A stretch of 64,000 nucleotides of DNA from an uncultured delta proteobacterium. GTDB lineage: Bacteria > Desulfobacterota > WTBG01 > CAIYCZ01 > CAIRTM01. A program made the translations under genes and the position numbers. The stretch's first letter is position 1. Each line of letters begins with the position of its first letter. The notes under the pieces were generated by a model. It saw only the letters and a list, made by a program, of their open reading frames with translations. It was not told the DNA's origin and ran no database searches. Location: the NCBI GenBank assembly GCA_963718965.1, contig CAVRBJ010000027.1:1470-65469 (forward strand), written 5' to 3'. Positions 1 to 10,613 of the stretch are shown piece after piece.

Positions 1-657
1 TTATGAAAAAGGTTCCACCAGAAAATGTCGTAAGGATCATTGTCAACGAACCAAAAAACAGCCCTTTTAAATCTAAATAATCATAGGTATTATAATAAAA
101 ATAAATGTAACAAAAATTAAAACTATTATTTCTTATTAATTTTAAATGTAATTTTATAAAAAAAGATGACAAAAAGAGGGAAAAGTAAATAAAACCATTC
201 TTCAACACACAAAGTCCATGCTACTGCAAAAAAATTAGGATGAGGTGAAGCAAAATTTTGAAGAAAAAATAAATATTTATAATTAAAATCTGAAAAAGAA
301 CCTGTTGTTAGGTATGTATATATTAAAACTAATATTAAAACTAAAAAGTAATTTGGTAATGTTCTAAACCATCTTCTTTTCCAAAAACTTATTGTTTCCG
401 AAAAATTATATTGGTCTTTATTGTAGGTTTTTAATAAAATTGTGCCAATTAAAAATCCACTTAAAACAAAAAAAACAACAACTCCATCAATAATTCTAAA
501 TGTTGGAAAATCTGGGAAATTTTTCTTCTAATATTCTAATCCCATGTATATTTAATAACCATAATATTGCAAAACTACGCATTAAATCTAAACCAAAAAT
601 TCTTTTATCTAATTCTAAATTTATTTTAAATTTATCTTTTAAATTTTTAAATTTCAT
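1..657 (-). CDS. Acyltransferase family 3 (OafA/YrhL-like) membrane protein; frameshifted, runs off the left edge, very AT-rich
   Basis: Manual minus-strand translation from ATG 657 gives MKFKNLKDKFKINLELDKRIFGLDLMRSFAILW..HG, then a frameshift near 515, then RIIDGVVVFFVLSGFLIG..FWKRRWFRTLPNY..AWTLCVEEWFY. These are AT3 family motifs. Not in the ORF track. Confidence 0.85.
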
Positions 658-735
658 AAAATAAACATCTAAATTTTAAAAAGTTGCATTTATTTTGATT
701 TAGCTAAAATATTTATTTTATAAATAGGCGTATAG

Positions 736-816
736 CTCTACTCCCTTATAATCAATCCACCCTCATATGACTACGCCGATCCCGATTACCCTTGTGAAGG
801 CTATATATATCTGTAA
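736..816 (+). mobile_element. Possible C-terminal tail remnant of an IS91-family transposase
   Basis: Reads YDYADPDYPCEGYIYL*, resembling (from recall) the DPDYP tail of deltaproteobacterial IS91 transposases. Lies just upstream of an oriIS-like repeat. Confidence 0.4.
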
Positions 817-903
817 AATCAAGGCTTTCTGTGAGCGGTGCTTATAAAAACGACTTCCAGTTTGACATTAAATTTATATCAGGTCGCCCAACGCGCCGCA
901 AGA

Positions 904-1025
904 TATTTTTGATCAGCATTGCAGGCTGCACCCAAAACTCCATCCCACATCTTGCGCCTTCTTTTGCCTTGACACACAATCGTCCTCGTTCTATATTTTT
1001 CTAGTATTAAGCAAGCTTCTTATCA
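904..1025 (+). repeat. 122-bp imperfect direct repeat, copy 1 (IS91 oriIS-like end containing a promoter)
   Basis: tatttttgatcagcattgcaggctgcacccaaaac...ttgacac...aagcaagcttcttatca aligns with 1714-1835 at offset 810. Confidence 0.9.
969..997 (+). promoter_or_regulatory. sigma70-type promoter
   Basis: TTGACA (969-974), 17 bp, TATATT (992-997). Confidence 0.75.
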
Positions 1026-1152
1026 AACCCGTTTCTGTGTATTTGGCAGGAGATAGAACCGGGTGAATTGGCCTTTGCTGCTTCTTTTCTCTGTGCTCGC
1101 GAAAATTGTTGGTTTTCAGTTTTCTTCATGCAAAAAAATCCACTGTATACAA

Positions 1153-1621
1153 TATGAAGATTATCTCCTTTTGCCAAGACCAAACTAGGTTTGTTTCTGC
1201 TGAGCTCGACTTTATCAATTGTGCTATTGATAGGTGCCTTCGAGGCCTACAGCAACATCCAGTATTATAGCTGGAGAAAAAACTTTGAGGACGATGGGTG
1301 GCTCGGCCAAGTTACAGTTCGTTCCTCAAACCCTGTCCTGATGTGGGAATTTATTTTACTCTTTTCTTTGCTGTATTCTTTGCAAATATAGAAAGCTTCA
1401 CAAACTACCCGCTTAGGGATATCCATAAAGAGATTGATGCTTTTCTTAAGGAGCGCGGCATACTGCATTTAGATCTTCTTGAAGCATTTACCGAGCAATG
1501 TAAAACACCAAAATTCTTTGCATTTGATATATGGCACCCTAACCCCGAAGGGCACATGGTCATTGCCCAACAGTTACTAGCCCGCGTAAAGTGCGAGGAA
1601 AGAATCCAGGAAAAGCCTTGA
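1153..1621 (+). pseudogene. SGNH/GDSL-type hydrolase remnant (membrane anchor plus C-terminus; catalytic N-terminal half missing)
   Basis: Hydrophobic anchor (LFLLSSTLSIVLLIGAFE) in one frame; C-terminal block DLLEAF..DIWHPNPEGH (DxxH motif) in another. No GDS motif. Confidence 0.6.
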
Positions 1622-1713
1622 TTCAAGAATTTACTTATCTGCTAATCGAAAGCGACACAGTCGCATGAGGAACTTTGTTCGTCTGCATACAGTTTTATGG
1701 CGACGAATGAAAC

Positions 1714-1835
1714 TATTTTTGATCAGCATCGCAGGCCGCACCCAAAACCCCATCCCGCATCTTGCGCCTTCATTTGCCTTGACACACCATTGCCCTCGTC
1801 CTATATTCGCCCCATCTTAAAGCAAGGTTTTATCA
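1714..1835 (+). repeat. 122-bp imperfect direct repeat, copy 2
   Basis: Aligns with 904-1025 and contains TTGACA (1779-1784), 17 bp, TATATT (1802-1807). Confidence 0.9.
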
Positions 1836-1873
1836 GTCAGTTGATCTTCAGATTTTTTCGGGGAATTTTTTGC

Positions 1874-3511
1874 GTGAGCGACAAACTTGCCAGAGTCAAC
1901 CCGGAGGAGGTGCAGGCAAATGGCCTTGAAACGCGCATCTTGATCATCTTGGCCGGACTGTTTATCGGATCGCGCCTGTGCTATTATCGGCTTGGGGTAG
2001 ACTTTGATAATACGCCGTTATACGTTTTCATGCAGTATTTGGATGTCGGACTTCTCCGAACGCGCTTGCTGGAAAGTTGTTGGTATCTCCACAGTCAGCC
2101 GCCGCTTTTCAATTTATTCTTAGGCGCAGTGGTGAAACTGGCCGCGCCCCCCCTGCCTAAGATCGTCTTCCAAATAATCTATGCAGTCTTTGGCTTGATC
2201 CTTTATTACAGCATGTATCGCATCTGTATCAAGTTAGGCGTTTCACGGCTCTTTGCCGTCACGTTGTCCACACTTTTCATCATGAGCCCTGACGCCGTGT
2301 TATATGAAAAATTTTTGCTTTATACCTATCCGGTCGCCGCGCTGCTGACGCTTGCTGCGCTCCTGCTCGCCAACTATATCTCTGGTAAAAGCAGGCTCCA
2401 GGGACTGGCGGGTTTTGTCACGCTGGCTGGCATTTGCGCGATATGGAGCACCTTCCATCTCTTGTATTATCTTATGGTTGCGGCGGTCATTGTCGGCTAT
2501 AACAGACGCAGGCGCAAGGAAACCATCTTACTGAGCGCAATCCCGCTGACTTTGCTGATCGCCATCTATCTGAAAAATTTCATCGTATTTGGCTTTTTCG
2601 GAGCAAGCTCCTGGATGGGCATGAATTTTTGGGGGATCACGGGCAATTATGTTACTTCCGATGAAATTCAAACGCTCAATTCGGCCGGCAAGCTTTCTGC
2701 TGTTGCGTCAATTCCGCCCTTCTCTTCGTTAATCGCGTATTATGGTTCGCAACCGCAACTCCCTCCGCAATACGCTTCGATTCCAGCCCTGTCGCAACTG
2801 TCCAAACCTTATTTCCCGGATTCCCCGAATTTCAATCATTATGCGTATCTCAACCTCTCAAAAACCTGTATGCAGGACGCTTTGTTTATTCTCAGACATG
2901 AACCGGAGAGCTATGCAAAAGGGATGTTTCTGGCATGGATTGTCTATTTCCAACCGGCTCGAAATTACTGGCTGCTTGCGAAAAATCGCGAAGCCCTGGC
3001 CCCGTTCATAAATATGTCTGATGCGCTTCTGCAAGGCTGGGTTGATGTCGAGCCGCTCTATGAAAAGTTGTTCAGAAGCAGCCTCAACCCTGATGAACCA
3101 AGAGATACACGGATTTTTGGTTCGAAAATACAGTATTCAAATCCCTTAATGTATCGTCTGCTCTTTGGAGAAGATTTGCGGCTCAAAGTGCCTTTGCTCA
3201 CCGTGCTCAACTTTTTACTCCCATTACTCTTTGCGGCGGGGCTTCTCATTCAGCCTGCTGGCAAACGAAGGCTTTCATACGCTCAAAAATCGGCGCTCCT
3301 GGTGCTTGTGCTCACGATCCTGTATGTCGCTGTGGTCGGAAATTGTTTCGAGCTGATGGAAAATAACCGTTTTCGGTTCGTGACCATTCCGCTCACGACA
3401 ATCCTTTCGGCTGTGATGCTCCAAGCGTTCGCGGACATATTTTTAATTAATGGAGCAACTACGCAGCCTGTTGCAGCGCACACGTCTCGTTTGCGACAAA
3501 GGCGGACATGA
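1874..3511 (+). CDS. Polytopic membrane protein, GT-C/ArnT-like glycosyltransferase-related
   Basis: ORF 1697-3511, probable start GTG 1874 downstream of the promoter repeat. Many TM helices, LHSQPPLFNL motif, and a C-terminal ENNRFR motif. Confidence 0.6.
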   Translation: MSDKLARVNPEEVQANGLETRILIILAGLFIGSRLCYYRLGVDFDNTPLYVFMQYLDVGLLRTRLLESCWYLHSQPPLFNLFLGAVVKLAAPPLPKIVFQIIYAVFGLILYYSMYRICIKLGVSRLFAVTLSTLFIMSPDAVLYEKFLLYTYPVAALLTLAALLLANYISGKSRLQGLAGFVTLAGICAIWSTFHLLYYLMVAAVIVGYNRRRRKETILLSAIPLTLLIAIYLKNFIVFGFFGASSWMGMNFWGITGNYVTSDEIQTLNSAGKLSAVASIPPFSSLIAYYGSQPQLPPQYASIPALSQLSKPYFPDSPNFNHYAYLNLSKTCMQDALFILRHEPESYAKGMFLAWIVYFQPARNYWLLAKNREALAPFINMSDALLQGWVDVEPLYEKLFRSSLNPDEPRDTRIFGSKIQYSNPLMYRLLFGEDLRLKVPLLTVLNFLLPLLFAAGLLIQPAGKRRLSYAQKSALLVLVLTILYVAVVGNCFELMENNRFRFVTIPLTTILSAVMLQAFADIFLINGATTQPVAAHTSRLRQRRT

Positions 3512-3599
3512 CAGCAGGTGCTGCCCTGTGCCCGAAAAATATGCAAACGGGGGGTATATGCGCTATACCTGCATAGTTAATACGATACCATGCACCATT

Positions 3600-3735
3600 C
3601 AGTCCGATGGCGCTTCACCGGCAAAAAGCAAAGCATGGGCGCGTCTGATACAAAAAATTTATGAGGTCGATCCCCTCACCTGCCCACAGTGACGCAGGGC
3701 AATGAAGATCATGAGCGTCATAGACAAGCCCGAAT
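3600..3735 (+). mobile_element. IS91-family transposase C-terminal fragment (pseudogene)
   Basis: SKAWARLIQKIYEVDPLTCPQ*RRAMKIMSVIDKPE matches the WAxLIxxIYEVDPLxCPxCxxxMKI signature. The second Cys codon is TGA. Confidence 0.8.
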
Positions 3736-3798
3736 TAGCACATTTTTCTAAATTCTGTAGCCTTCATAAAAATCATCTTCCGATAACGATGGCCCTAT

Positions 3799-3879
3799 CC
3801 GTTCGTCCTGAGCCTGTCGAAGGGCGACTTTCCGTTCATGGTTCGACCCTTCGTCAAGCTCAGGACTCACCACGAACGG
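3799..3879. repeat. REP-like nested palindromic element
   Basis: ccgttcgtcctgagcctgtcgaaggg ... cccttcgtcaagctcaggac..cgaacgg forms long inverted arms. Confidence 0.75.
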
Positions 3880-4028
3880 CATTGCCATGCAGTAGAATGC
3901 GGCTACAAAATAAAGAAAAAAGCTCGAGTCCTGGTGCTTTGCTTCGGGAGAAAAGGCATCGTATATACTTTTAATACCCCCTTAAGTAAATATCACCACT
4001 CGAAATAGCGCAGTTTTGCCCACCCCCT

Positions 4029-5510
4029 TCAGTACCACCGCTGTTTTTTATCCAGATAATCCATGAGCATGCAGCGCCCCAGGTCTGCCGGGTGCAGGTG
4101 AAATATCCGGCCATAAGACCGGCGGGCCATTTCATGCATAAAATCGACGCGCTCATGCTCCTGCGAAAACAGAAAGATGCTTAAGGCGATTTTCTGGCGC
4201 GTGAGGGCATCAAGGCCGGCCAGCGTGCGGCGCAGGGTTTCGGGGTGGGGCGGAAACTGGAAAAACAGGGCTCCCGCTTCACGGTGAGCCGTGGGCTCGC
4301 CGTCGGTGATGAGAAATATCTGGCGGCGATAGCCTTTCATGCGCGCAAGCACCTGCTGTCCCATGGCAAAGGCCTCCTCGAAGTTGGTATAGGGATTTGC
4401 TTCATCCCAGGGCAAAAACGGTATTTCATGTTCAGGGATGATGCGCGCCGAGGTTGAAAACCCCACAACGGTGATGCGGTCCTGCACATAGCGCGAGCGG
4501 ATAAGGCCGATCAGCGCCATGGCCACCTTTTTAGCGGCAATATAGCGGCCGTCAAAATTCATGGACTTGCTCAAATCAAGCAGCACCACGGTGGCGGTGC
4601 GCAGCACGGGCTCTTTTTCATACACCTCAAGATCATCTTCTGCCATGCGCAGCGGCGGCCTGCCGCCCGTGCGCTTGAGCGTGTTCATAAGCGATGCGCT
4701 GGTATCGATCTGGAGAGAATCGCCGAACCGGTAGGGCCGCGTGCCCTGAATAAGATAGGGCTCTGTGTTGAGCCCTGCACTCAGGCGGCGGGAAAGCTTC
4801 TCGTTTTTGCGGGGCTGGACAATGTGGCGCAGCATGCCCCATGCGGTTTTCTGCAGGCCCGCAGACGTGAACATGAAATTGGAGCCGCTGCGGCTGACAA
4901 GGCCCTGCTCAAGAAGACGCATGGGCAGATTTCTGATGGCGCGCCATTTGGCAAGGGACTCAGAGCCCATGGCCTGTTCAAGCAGCTGTTCATCCAGAGC
5001 GTCGAACTGCGTTGACCAGCGCAGGGAATGGAGCGATTTTTCAAGGCGGTCCATATCTTTTATTTTTCCGGCCATGAGCCGCGCCTCGCGAACCGAAAGC
5101 TTTTGCCCGTCGCGGTTGAGCCGGTCATCCAGATACTGCGCAAGGGGAAGCGTGGCTTCAGGCAAGCCTGAAGAGCTTTCGCGAAATGCTGCCCGGGCAT
5201 CGGAGCCATAGGGGAGAGCTTCGGCAAATTCAGAAATTTTATCAAGCGCGGCGCTGTCCATGTCGGCAAGTCCCATATCATGCAGGGCCTGCTTCTTTTT
5301 TTGCCGCAGTTCTTCAAGCAGATCCTTGATGCCCACAAAAAGTTTCGAGCCATCGCCGTCTCTCACGCCTTTGCGCTGCAGCTCTTTTATGGCAGTATCA
5401 AGTGAGCCGTGGCGGAAAATGATTTTGGCAAGCGCATCCAGGGGATCGGTTCCGTCGGAGGCTGCCCCGGCAATGGGGCCGGAGCCGGGCTGATAGGTAT
5501 AGATTTTCAT
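4029..5510 (-). CDS. VWA-domain protein, partner of the adjacent AAA ATPase
   Basis: MIDAS DLSKSM, YTN, and ITDGEPT motifs; overlaps the stop of the upstream ATPase. Confidence 0.9.
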   Translation of the reverse strand: MKIYTYQPGSGPIAGAASDGTDPLDALAKIIFRHGSLDTAIKELQRKGVRDGDGSKLFVGIKDLLEELRQKKKQALHDMGLADMDSAALDKISEFAEALPYGSDARAAFRESSSGLPEATLPLAQYLDDRLNRDGQKLSVREARLMAGKIKDMDRLEKSLHSLRWSTQFDALDEQLLEQAMGSESLAKWRAIRNLPMRLLEQGLVSRSGSNFMFTSAGLQKTAWGMLRHIVQPRKNEKLSRRLSAGLNTEPYLIQGTRPYRFGDSLQIDTSASLMNTLKRTGGRPPLRMAEDDLEVYEKEPVLRTATVVLLDLSKSMNFDGRYIAAKKVAMALIGLIRSRYVQDRITVVGFSTSARIIPEHEIPFLPWDEANPYTNFEEAFAMGQQVLARMKGYRRQIFLITDGEPTAHREAGALFFQFPPHPETLRRTLAGLDALTRQKIALSIFLFSQEHERVDFMHEMARRSYGRIFHLHPADLGRCMLMDYLDKKQRWY

Positions 5511-6916
5511 TGCTTTGTGGCGTAGCGGGCTTGGCCTTCGTGCATGGTTCTCGTGATGCGCCCCTGCGTTGCAAGGCCTTCAAGGATGAATTCGGCTGCT
5601 GCGGCAAGGGCAGCAGGTGTAGCCGGCGCAGCCAAACGTTCGGCGTGCTGCCGAAACTGAGGATAGCGCGAGAGTATTTCAATGTAGACCCCCGACGGTG
5701 TCAGCTCAGATACCTCCAGAGCAGCATCGCCGGTAAAGGCTCGCAGGAAATCGTCGAAGATGCCTGCGGGAAATGCCTTGCTGAAAATGGCATGCACGGC
5801 CTCGCGCACCAGGCCCCCGAGCTTTTCATCCTCTTCGGCTGCTTCGGCAAAATTCCACTCCACCTTGCCCTTCATGGTAGAGGTAAGATGCGGAAGATCA
5901 GTCACCCGCGGCACGACCCCGGTTTCTCCCAGCCGCACGCTGCGGCGCAGGGCATTGCTGACCAGCGTTTCCATATTGTGGATCGTCATGCGGACGCTTA
6001 CGCCTGAGAAATGATTTATGTCATGCCTGCGGCGGGCGGCCTGGGAAATTTCAGCCACCACCTGCTCCATGAACAGCGGTATCGTAAGCCGCAACCCCTC
6101 ATGGCAGAACGGCGCCATCTCCTGTCGCACAATGGCCACCTCCTGCTCAAGCGTTCGGGGATAGTGCGTGCGCACCTGTGCGCCGAAACGGTCTTTCAGC
6201 GGCGTGATGATGCGGCCGCGGCTGGTGTAGTCTTCAGGGTTGGCGGTTGCGATAATGAAAATATCAAGGGGCAGGTTGAACTTGTAGCCCCGGATCTGCA
6301 CGTCGCGCTCCTCCAGCAGATTAAAAAGCCCCACCTGGATTTTTTCATGCAGGTCGGGCAGTTCGTTTATGGAAAATATGCCCCGATTGGTGCGGGGGAT
6401 GAGGCCGTAGTGGATGACGCCCTCGTCGGAGAGATGCCGGCCTTCGGCAACCTTGATGGGATCGATATCGCCGATAAGATCGGCTATGGTCACATCAGGC
6501 GTGGCGAGCTTTTCGCCGTAGCGAAGGCTGCGGTGCAGCCATGAAACAGGTGCCCCGTCCCCAAGCCCGGCAACCTGCTGTCTGCAGCGGGAGCAGATGG
6601 GCGCCAGCGGATCGTCATTTATTTCGCAGCCCTCCAGAACCGGCAGCCATTCATCCAGAAGGTTCGTGAGGCTGCGCATGATGCGGGTTTTGCCCTGGCC
6701 GCGCTCGCCAAGGAAAATAATGTCATGGCCCGACAGGATGGCGTTTTCCAGCTCAGGTATGACCGTGTCTTCATAGCCGATGACGCCGGGAAACAGGTTC
6801 TCGCGGGTGCGAATTTTTGCGATAAGGTTCTGCTGCAGCTCGGCCTTTATGCTGCGGCTCTGCCAGCCTGAGCGCTTCAGATCACCCAGCGTTTTTGGAA
6901 GATGTGAAATACTCAT
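5507..6916 (-). CDS. Magnesium-chelatase-like AAA+ ATPase (Rv0958-type)
   Basis: Walker A GERGQGKT, INELPDL, ATANPEDYTSRGRIITPLKDRFG. Confidence 0.9.
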   Translation of the reverse strand: MSISHLPKTLGDLKRSGWQSRSIKAELQQNLIAKIRTRENLFPGVIGYEDTVIPELENAILSGHDIIFLGERGQGKTRIMRSLTNLLDEWLPVLEGCEINDDPLAPICSRCRQQVAGLGDGAPVSWLHRSLRYGEKLATPDVTIADLIGDIDPIKVAEGRHLSDEGVIHYGLIPRTNRGIFSINELPDLHEKIQVGLFNLLEERDVQIRGYKFNLPLDIFIIATANPEDYTSRGRIITPLKDRFGAQVRTHYPRTLEQEVAIVRQEMAPFCHEGLRLTIPLFMEQVVAEISQAARRRHDINHFSGVSVRMTIHNMETLVSNALRRSVRLGETGVVPRVTDLPHLTSTMKGKVEWNFAEAAEEDEKLGGLVREAVHAIFSKAFPAGIFDDFLRAFTGDAALEVSELTPSGVYIEILSRYPQFRQHAERLAAPATPAALAAAAEFILEGLATQGRITRTMHEGQARYATKQ

Positions 6917-6944
6917 TGTTTTCTAACCGGCTGCATAAAACATT

Positions 6945-7289
6945 TCAGTTTCCTTTGGGCGGCTGCACCGTTCCCGGCAGAACGAGCAGGTTCGACCTGT
7001 CTTTTTTAAAATGCAGGCCCCTGTGCGCCGGGCCGACCTCTTCGATGGAAATGATGGTGTAGATGGAAATATGCAGCGTTTTGACATCGGTCAGGCGCCG
7101 TTTCAAGTCCTCTTCTTCGGGGTTTACGACCAGCATGCTTGAGGAAAATATGAAATCGGATATGGCAATAAAACTTAAGCCGAGGCTTGAATCGGTGACA
7201 CTGCCCGCCTTGAGGTTGACGATTTTATTATCCTTCGGGTCACGGTAGGTTATGACGTAGTGAGTCTTGTCTTTGGCTTTCGTTGGCAT
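6945..7289 (-). CDS. DUF1820-like small protein
   Basis: SSLGLSFIAISDFIF..VVNPEEEDLKRRL..HISIYTIISIEEVG pattern; probable start ATG 7289. Confidence 0.7.
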   Translation of the reverse strand: MPTKAKDKTHYVITYRDPKDNKIVNLKAGSVTDSSLGLSFIAISDFIFSSSMLVVNPEEEDLKRRLTDVKTLHISIYTIISIEEVGPAHRGLHFKKDRSNLLVLPGTVQPPKGN

Positions 7290-7465
7290 GAAGGTCCTTT
7301 CCGGCGGCAGCAGGCTGTTGCACAGGTGCGGCGGGACACGAAACATTTAAATAATGATATCGAAATAGACCATAATGCCGACTTTGTCAACAGAATGACT
7401 GTAACGAATGGCCTTTGATATAAAGGAAGAGAGTTTGGAGCAGGCTGTCTCTGTAACGAGATCAA

Positions 7466-7504
7466 ACAAGAGCCGCTGACAGGGTATCATCAGCGGCTCT
7501 TGTT
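7466..7504. terminator. Intrinsic terminator hairpin
   Basis: aacaagagccgctga...tcagcggctcttgtt, downstream of the minus-strand hydrolase. Confidence 0.7.
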
Positions 7505-7528
7505 ACGAAACTTATATGCTGCAAAACA

Positions 7529-8382
7529 TTAAGGCGCATCGCTGTCAACAAAAAGCTCTGTGGGGGTCGTGGTCGAGACTGCAACGTTTGCCTTTGACCA
7601 TGTGCCATAGAAAGCGGCATTGATGAACTTGTTTACGCTTTTTGCAACGTCCGTATAAAATGCGCTCGGGGTGTACATGCAGTTGGTGCATGCAGGGCAG
7701 CTGCCGTCAGCAAAGCTGCAATGATAATATTTTGGTGAATAACCGCAGGGACCCCATGAGTAGGTCTTTTTTACCCTGTAGAAGGCACGGGGGCCGTCGC
7801 AATAATAATATGCCGCCATGGCAGCATCGGTTTTCTCAACAAAGCAGGTGGTTACGTTGAAGCCCCAGTACAGGCCCGGAAGATTTATGCGGCTTGCGCC
7901 TTCAATGTTATACGGATCAATGCTGAACATGGCATCGGCAAGATTGAGATCGCCGCCAACGGCATTCTGCGCTGCCTGGCCGCCTGCGGAATGTCCGCCG
8001 AGAATCCAGTGAGCAATACCGGTGCAGCCGGTGCCTGACAGCCAGCCAAGGATGTTGTTCTGTACTTCAATTGTACAATTTCTGAATTTCCCCGCATCCG
8101 TTTTTGTCATGCTGCCGGGCTGATGATCCATAATCACCACGACATAGCCATAGCTTGTCAGCGATTGGCAAGATTGTCATAGCTGTCGCGGGACATGGCT
8201 GTTCCCACGCCCAGTATAAATGCTTCGCAGTTTGCAGGAGAAGGGCTTTTGTAGAAGACGCGAACCTGGCCGGTGCCCAGGTTTTTGTCAAAATAGTTGG
8301 CCTGTGCCGAGCCGAGTAAAGTAAAAAACAACGAAACACAGACAATAGCCAGAACGGTTGTAAAATGCGTACTTCTTTTCAT
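7529..8382 (-). CDS. Secreted alpha/beta hydrolase, Cys-rich C-terminus; frameshift near 8160
   Basis: Signal peptide MKRSTHF..SAQA, GHSAGG nucleophile elbow, IDP acid residue. ORFs 8158-8478 and 7529-8140 join across the frameshift. Confidence 0.7.
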
Positions 8383-8749
8383 GTTTTCCTCCCTTGTTTG
8401 TTGTTTGTAAAACAAAACCCCTGTTTGCCTCAAAACCTGCTTTGAAGTATAGATAATAAAATTTAAGATTTCAAACAAAACAGACTTAAAATAGTTACGT
8501 AAAATAGCATATTTAATACTGGTTTAAAACAGGTACTAAATACATTGTGATAGCTCTCATGCTGAAGTTCTTTTTTTATATAAAAAATATTAAATTAAAA
8601 TAATTGCTATCATTATTATCATTTTTAATCGGGCTGGTTTAAGCTGCTTATATAAAACAGTATTGATTTGAAAGCAAGTAAGCTTTATGCTGTAATTCTA
8701 TTGGGCTAAAGTTCCAAAAGTGTGTTACCCCAAAGCACAGAAGAAATTT

Positions 8750-9040
8750 ATGAAGATTTTTTATACGGATATCTTTGTTTTGCCCCTGCCGCCGGAGCAT
8801 CATTTTTCCATGGAGAAATACCGGTTGCTGCGCGACCGGCTCGTTGCGAAAAGCATTGCCCCGCTTGAGGATTTTGTCATTCCCCACGCTGCAACCGATG
8901 AGGAGATTACTCGGGCCCATTCCCCGGACTACCTTCGCAAGATAGTATCGGGAGATCTCACGCCGCAGGAGTTGCGGCGGCTGAGCCTGCCCTGGTCCAT
9001 GCAGCTTGTTGAGCGGGCGCGGCATAAAGCCTGGTATGTG
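8750..9040 (+). pseudogene. Histone-deacetylase-family N-terminal fragment
   Basis: MKIFYTDIFVLPLPPEHHFSMEKYRLLR..RAHSPDYL..LPWS..LVERAR. Truncated before the GGxHH catalytic motif where it meets the convergent gene. Confidence 0.8.
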
Positions 9041-9054
9041 CGAAAGCAAGCGGA

Positions 9055-10613
9055 TTATTTTGTTATGACGCCGTCGGGAAGTTTTTCTGCGGGGCTATCC
9101 TGCAGGATGAAAGCATCATCCCCGGCATTTTCTTTCAGATCAAGTTTCAGCTCTTTTGCCTTTTCAATATAGGAGCCTTGTGAAAGCCGTATCTCGCCAT
9201 GCTGCGACACTTCTATGGCGGAGCGGCCCTGCACCGGGCACACCTGCTCGCAGAAGCCGCAGCCATTGCACCTGGTGTCGATCACAAAGGGCTTTCTGGA
9301 GCCGTCTTTCCACCTGAAGACAATTGCATTATAGGGGCACTGCTCGTCACAAATGAGACAGAGCCTGTCCTGCGCCCAGACAAGGCAGCGGCCGGTGTCG
9401 ATTGCGGCTGTGCCCAGTTTCGCATGTTTCTTTTCCTCCAGCGGAAGTTCCCGGATAGCGCCCGTGGGGCAGACCGCTCCGCACAGGGCGCAGGTCTGGT
9501 CGCAGCCGGCAAGACGCGTATCAAGCCTCGGCGACCAGATGCCGCCGATACCGCTTTCAAACAGGCAGGGCTGCAGTGTATTGGTGGGGCAGACCTTCAT
9601 GCACTGGCCGCAGCGGACGCAGGCTCCCTGAAATGCCGGCTCGGGCAAGGCCCCCGGCGGCCGGATGAGGCGGTTCGGGTTGACTTTTTGCCAGAACATC
9701 TTTTTTGATAGCAAAAGGCGGCAAAAGCCCCGGCTGCTGCCGAAGCCAGAAGCCCCCGGCGCTGTATATCAGGCAGCGGCGCCGGAGCAGAGGCATAACC
9801 GAAGGATATGGACTGAACCGGGCAGACGGTTGTGCATGCGGTGCAATAGATGCATTCCTCGGGCCTGTACTCACGGGGCTCCTCGCAGATGGCGCCGGTG
9901 GGGCAGGTAGAGCGCGCATTTCATGCAGGAGGTGCAGGTGTTTGCTACCCGTCGCCTGAAAAGACCGAGCCTTGCGACAAGACGCCGAGCAGAGCCCCCA
10001 GCGGACAGAAGCTCCGGCACCAGAACCGGGAATGCCGGTGATTCAGGGTAAGAAGCCCTGCGCACAGCACGACGGTCAGCAGAATGAGTGAAAATACGGG
10101 TTGCGCTACCTGCGCATGCGAAAGCGTGATGAGTCGCAGGTAGTCGGCAAGGGGCCTCAGAAGATCAATACCCGTGGCCGTGATAAGCATAACCAGCGGA
10201 TAGGCTATGAAGGTGAAAACACGTGTAAGGAAAGCCAGCGGATCAACAAGGCCGGCAAGGTTGAGGCCCGGGAGGGCTGCAGCAGCAAGCAGCACCAGCA
10301 GGCACAGCTTCCACTGGGGCGAACAAAGCAGCATTTTGGCCGAATTTTTCCCGGTGCACAGGTCAAACAGCGTGCCCAGCGGACACAGCCAGCCGCAGAA
10401 AAACCTTCCTGCCACAAGTGCCGTCAGCAATACAGGAAGGCCATAGAGAAGGCTTTCGTGGAAGCGCCATGAAGCGAGAAAAGCCGAAAGCGAAAGCAGT
10501 GGATCGGCTTTTAAAAAAAGATCGGGCGGAAGAAAAAGCGTTTCGGCCAGAGGGTTCAGGGCAAACAGCACCGCAAAAAGCCCGAGGAAGGCACCCTGCA
10601 CCCACCTTCTCAT
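9055..10613 (-). CDS. Membrane polyferredoxin (NapH/MauN- plus NapG-like 4Fe-4S protein); frameshifted
   Basis: GRFFCGWLCPLG and RFWCRSFCPLG motifs, then IRPPGA and several CxxCxxCxxxCP. Split over ORFs 9945-10613, 9871-10065 and 9055-9714. Confidence 0.85.

Noticed and set aside
1697-1873. N-terminal extension of the 604-aa ORF
   Set aside because: It is a translation of the promoter repeat; GTG 1874 is the more likely start.
3690-3692. TGA in CPQ* as selenocysteine
   Set aside because: It lies in a decayed transposase fragment with no start codon or evident SECIS; more likely a nonsense mutation.
4029-6916. Magnesium chelatase or photosynthesis genes
   Set aside because: A widespread AAA-VWA pair; no bchH or other pigment genes are present.
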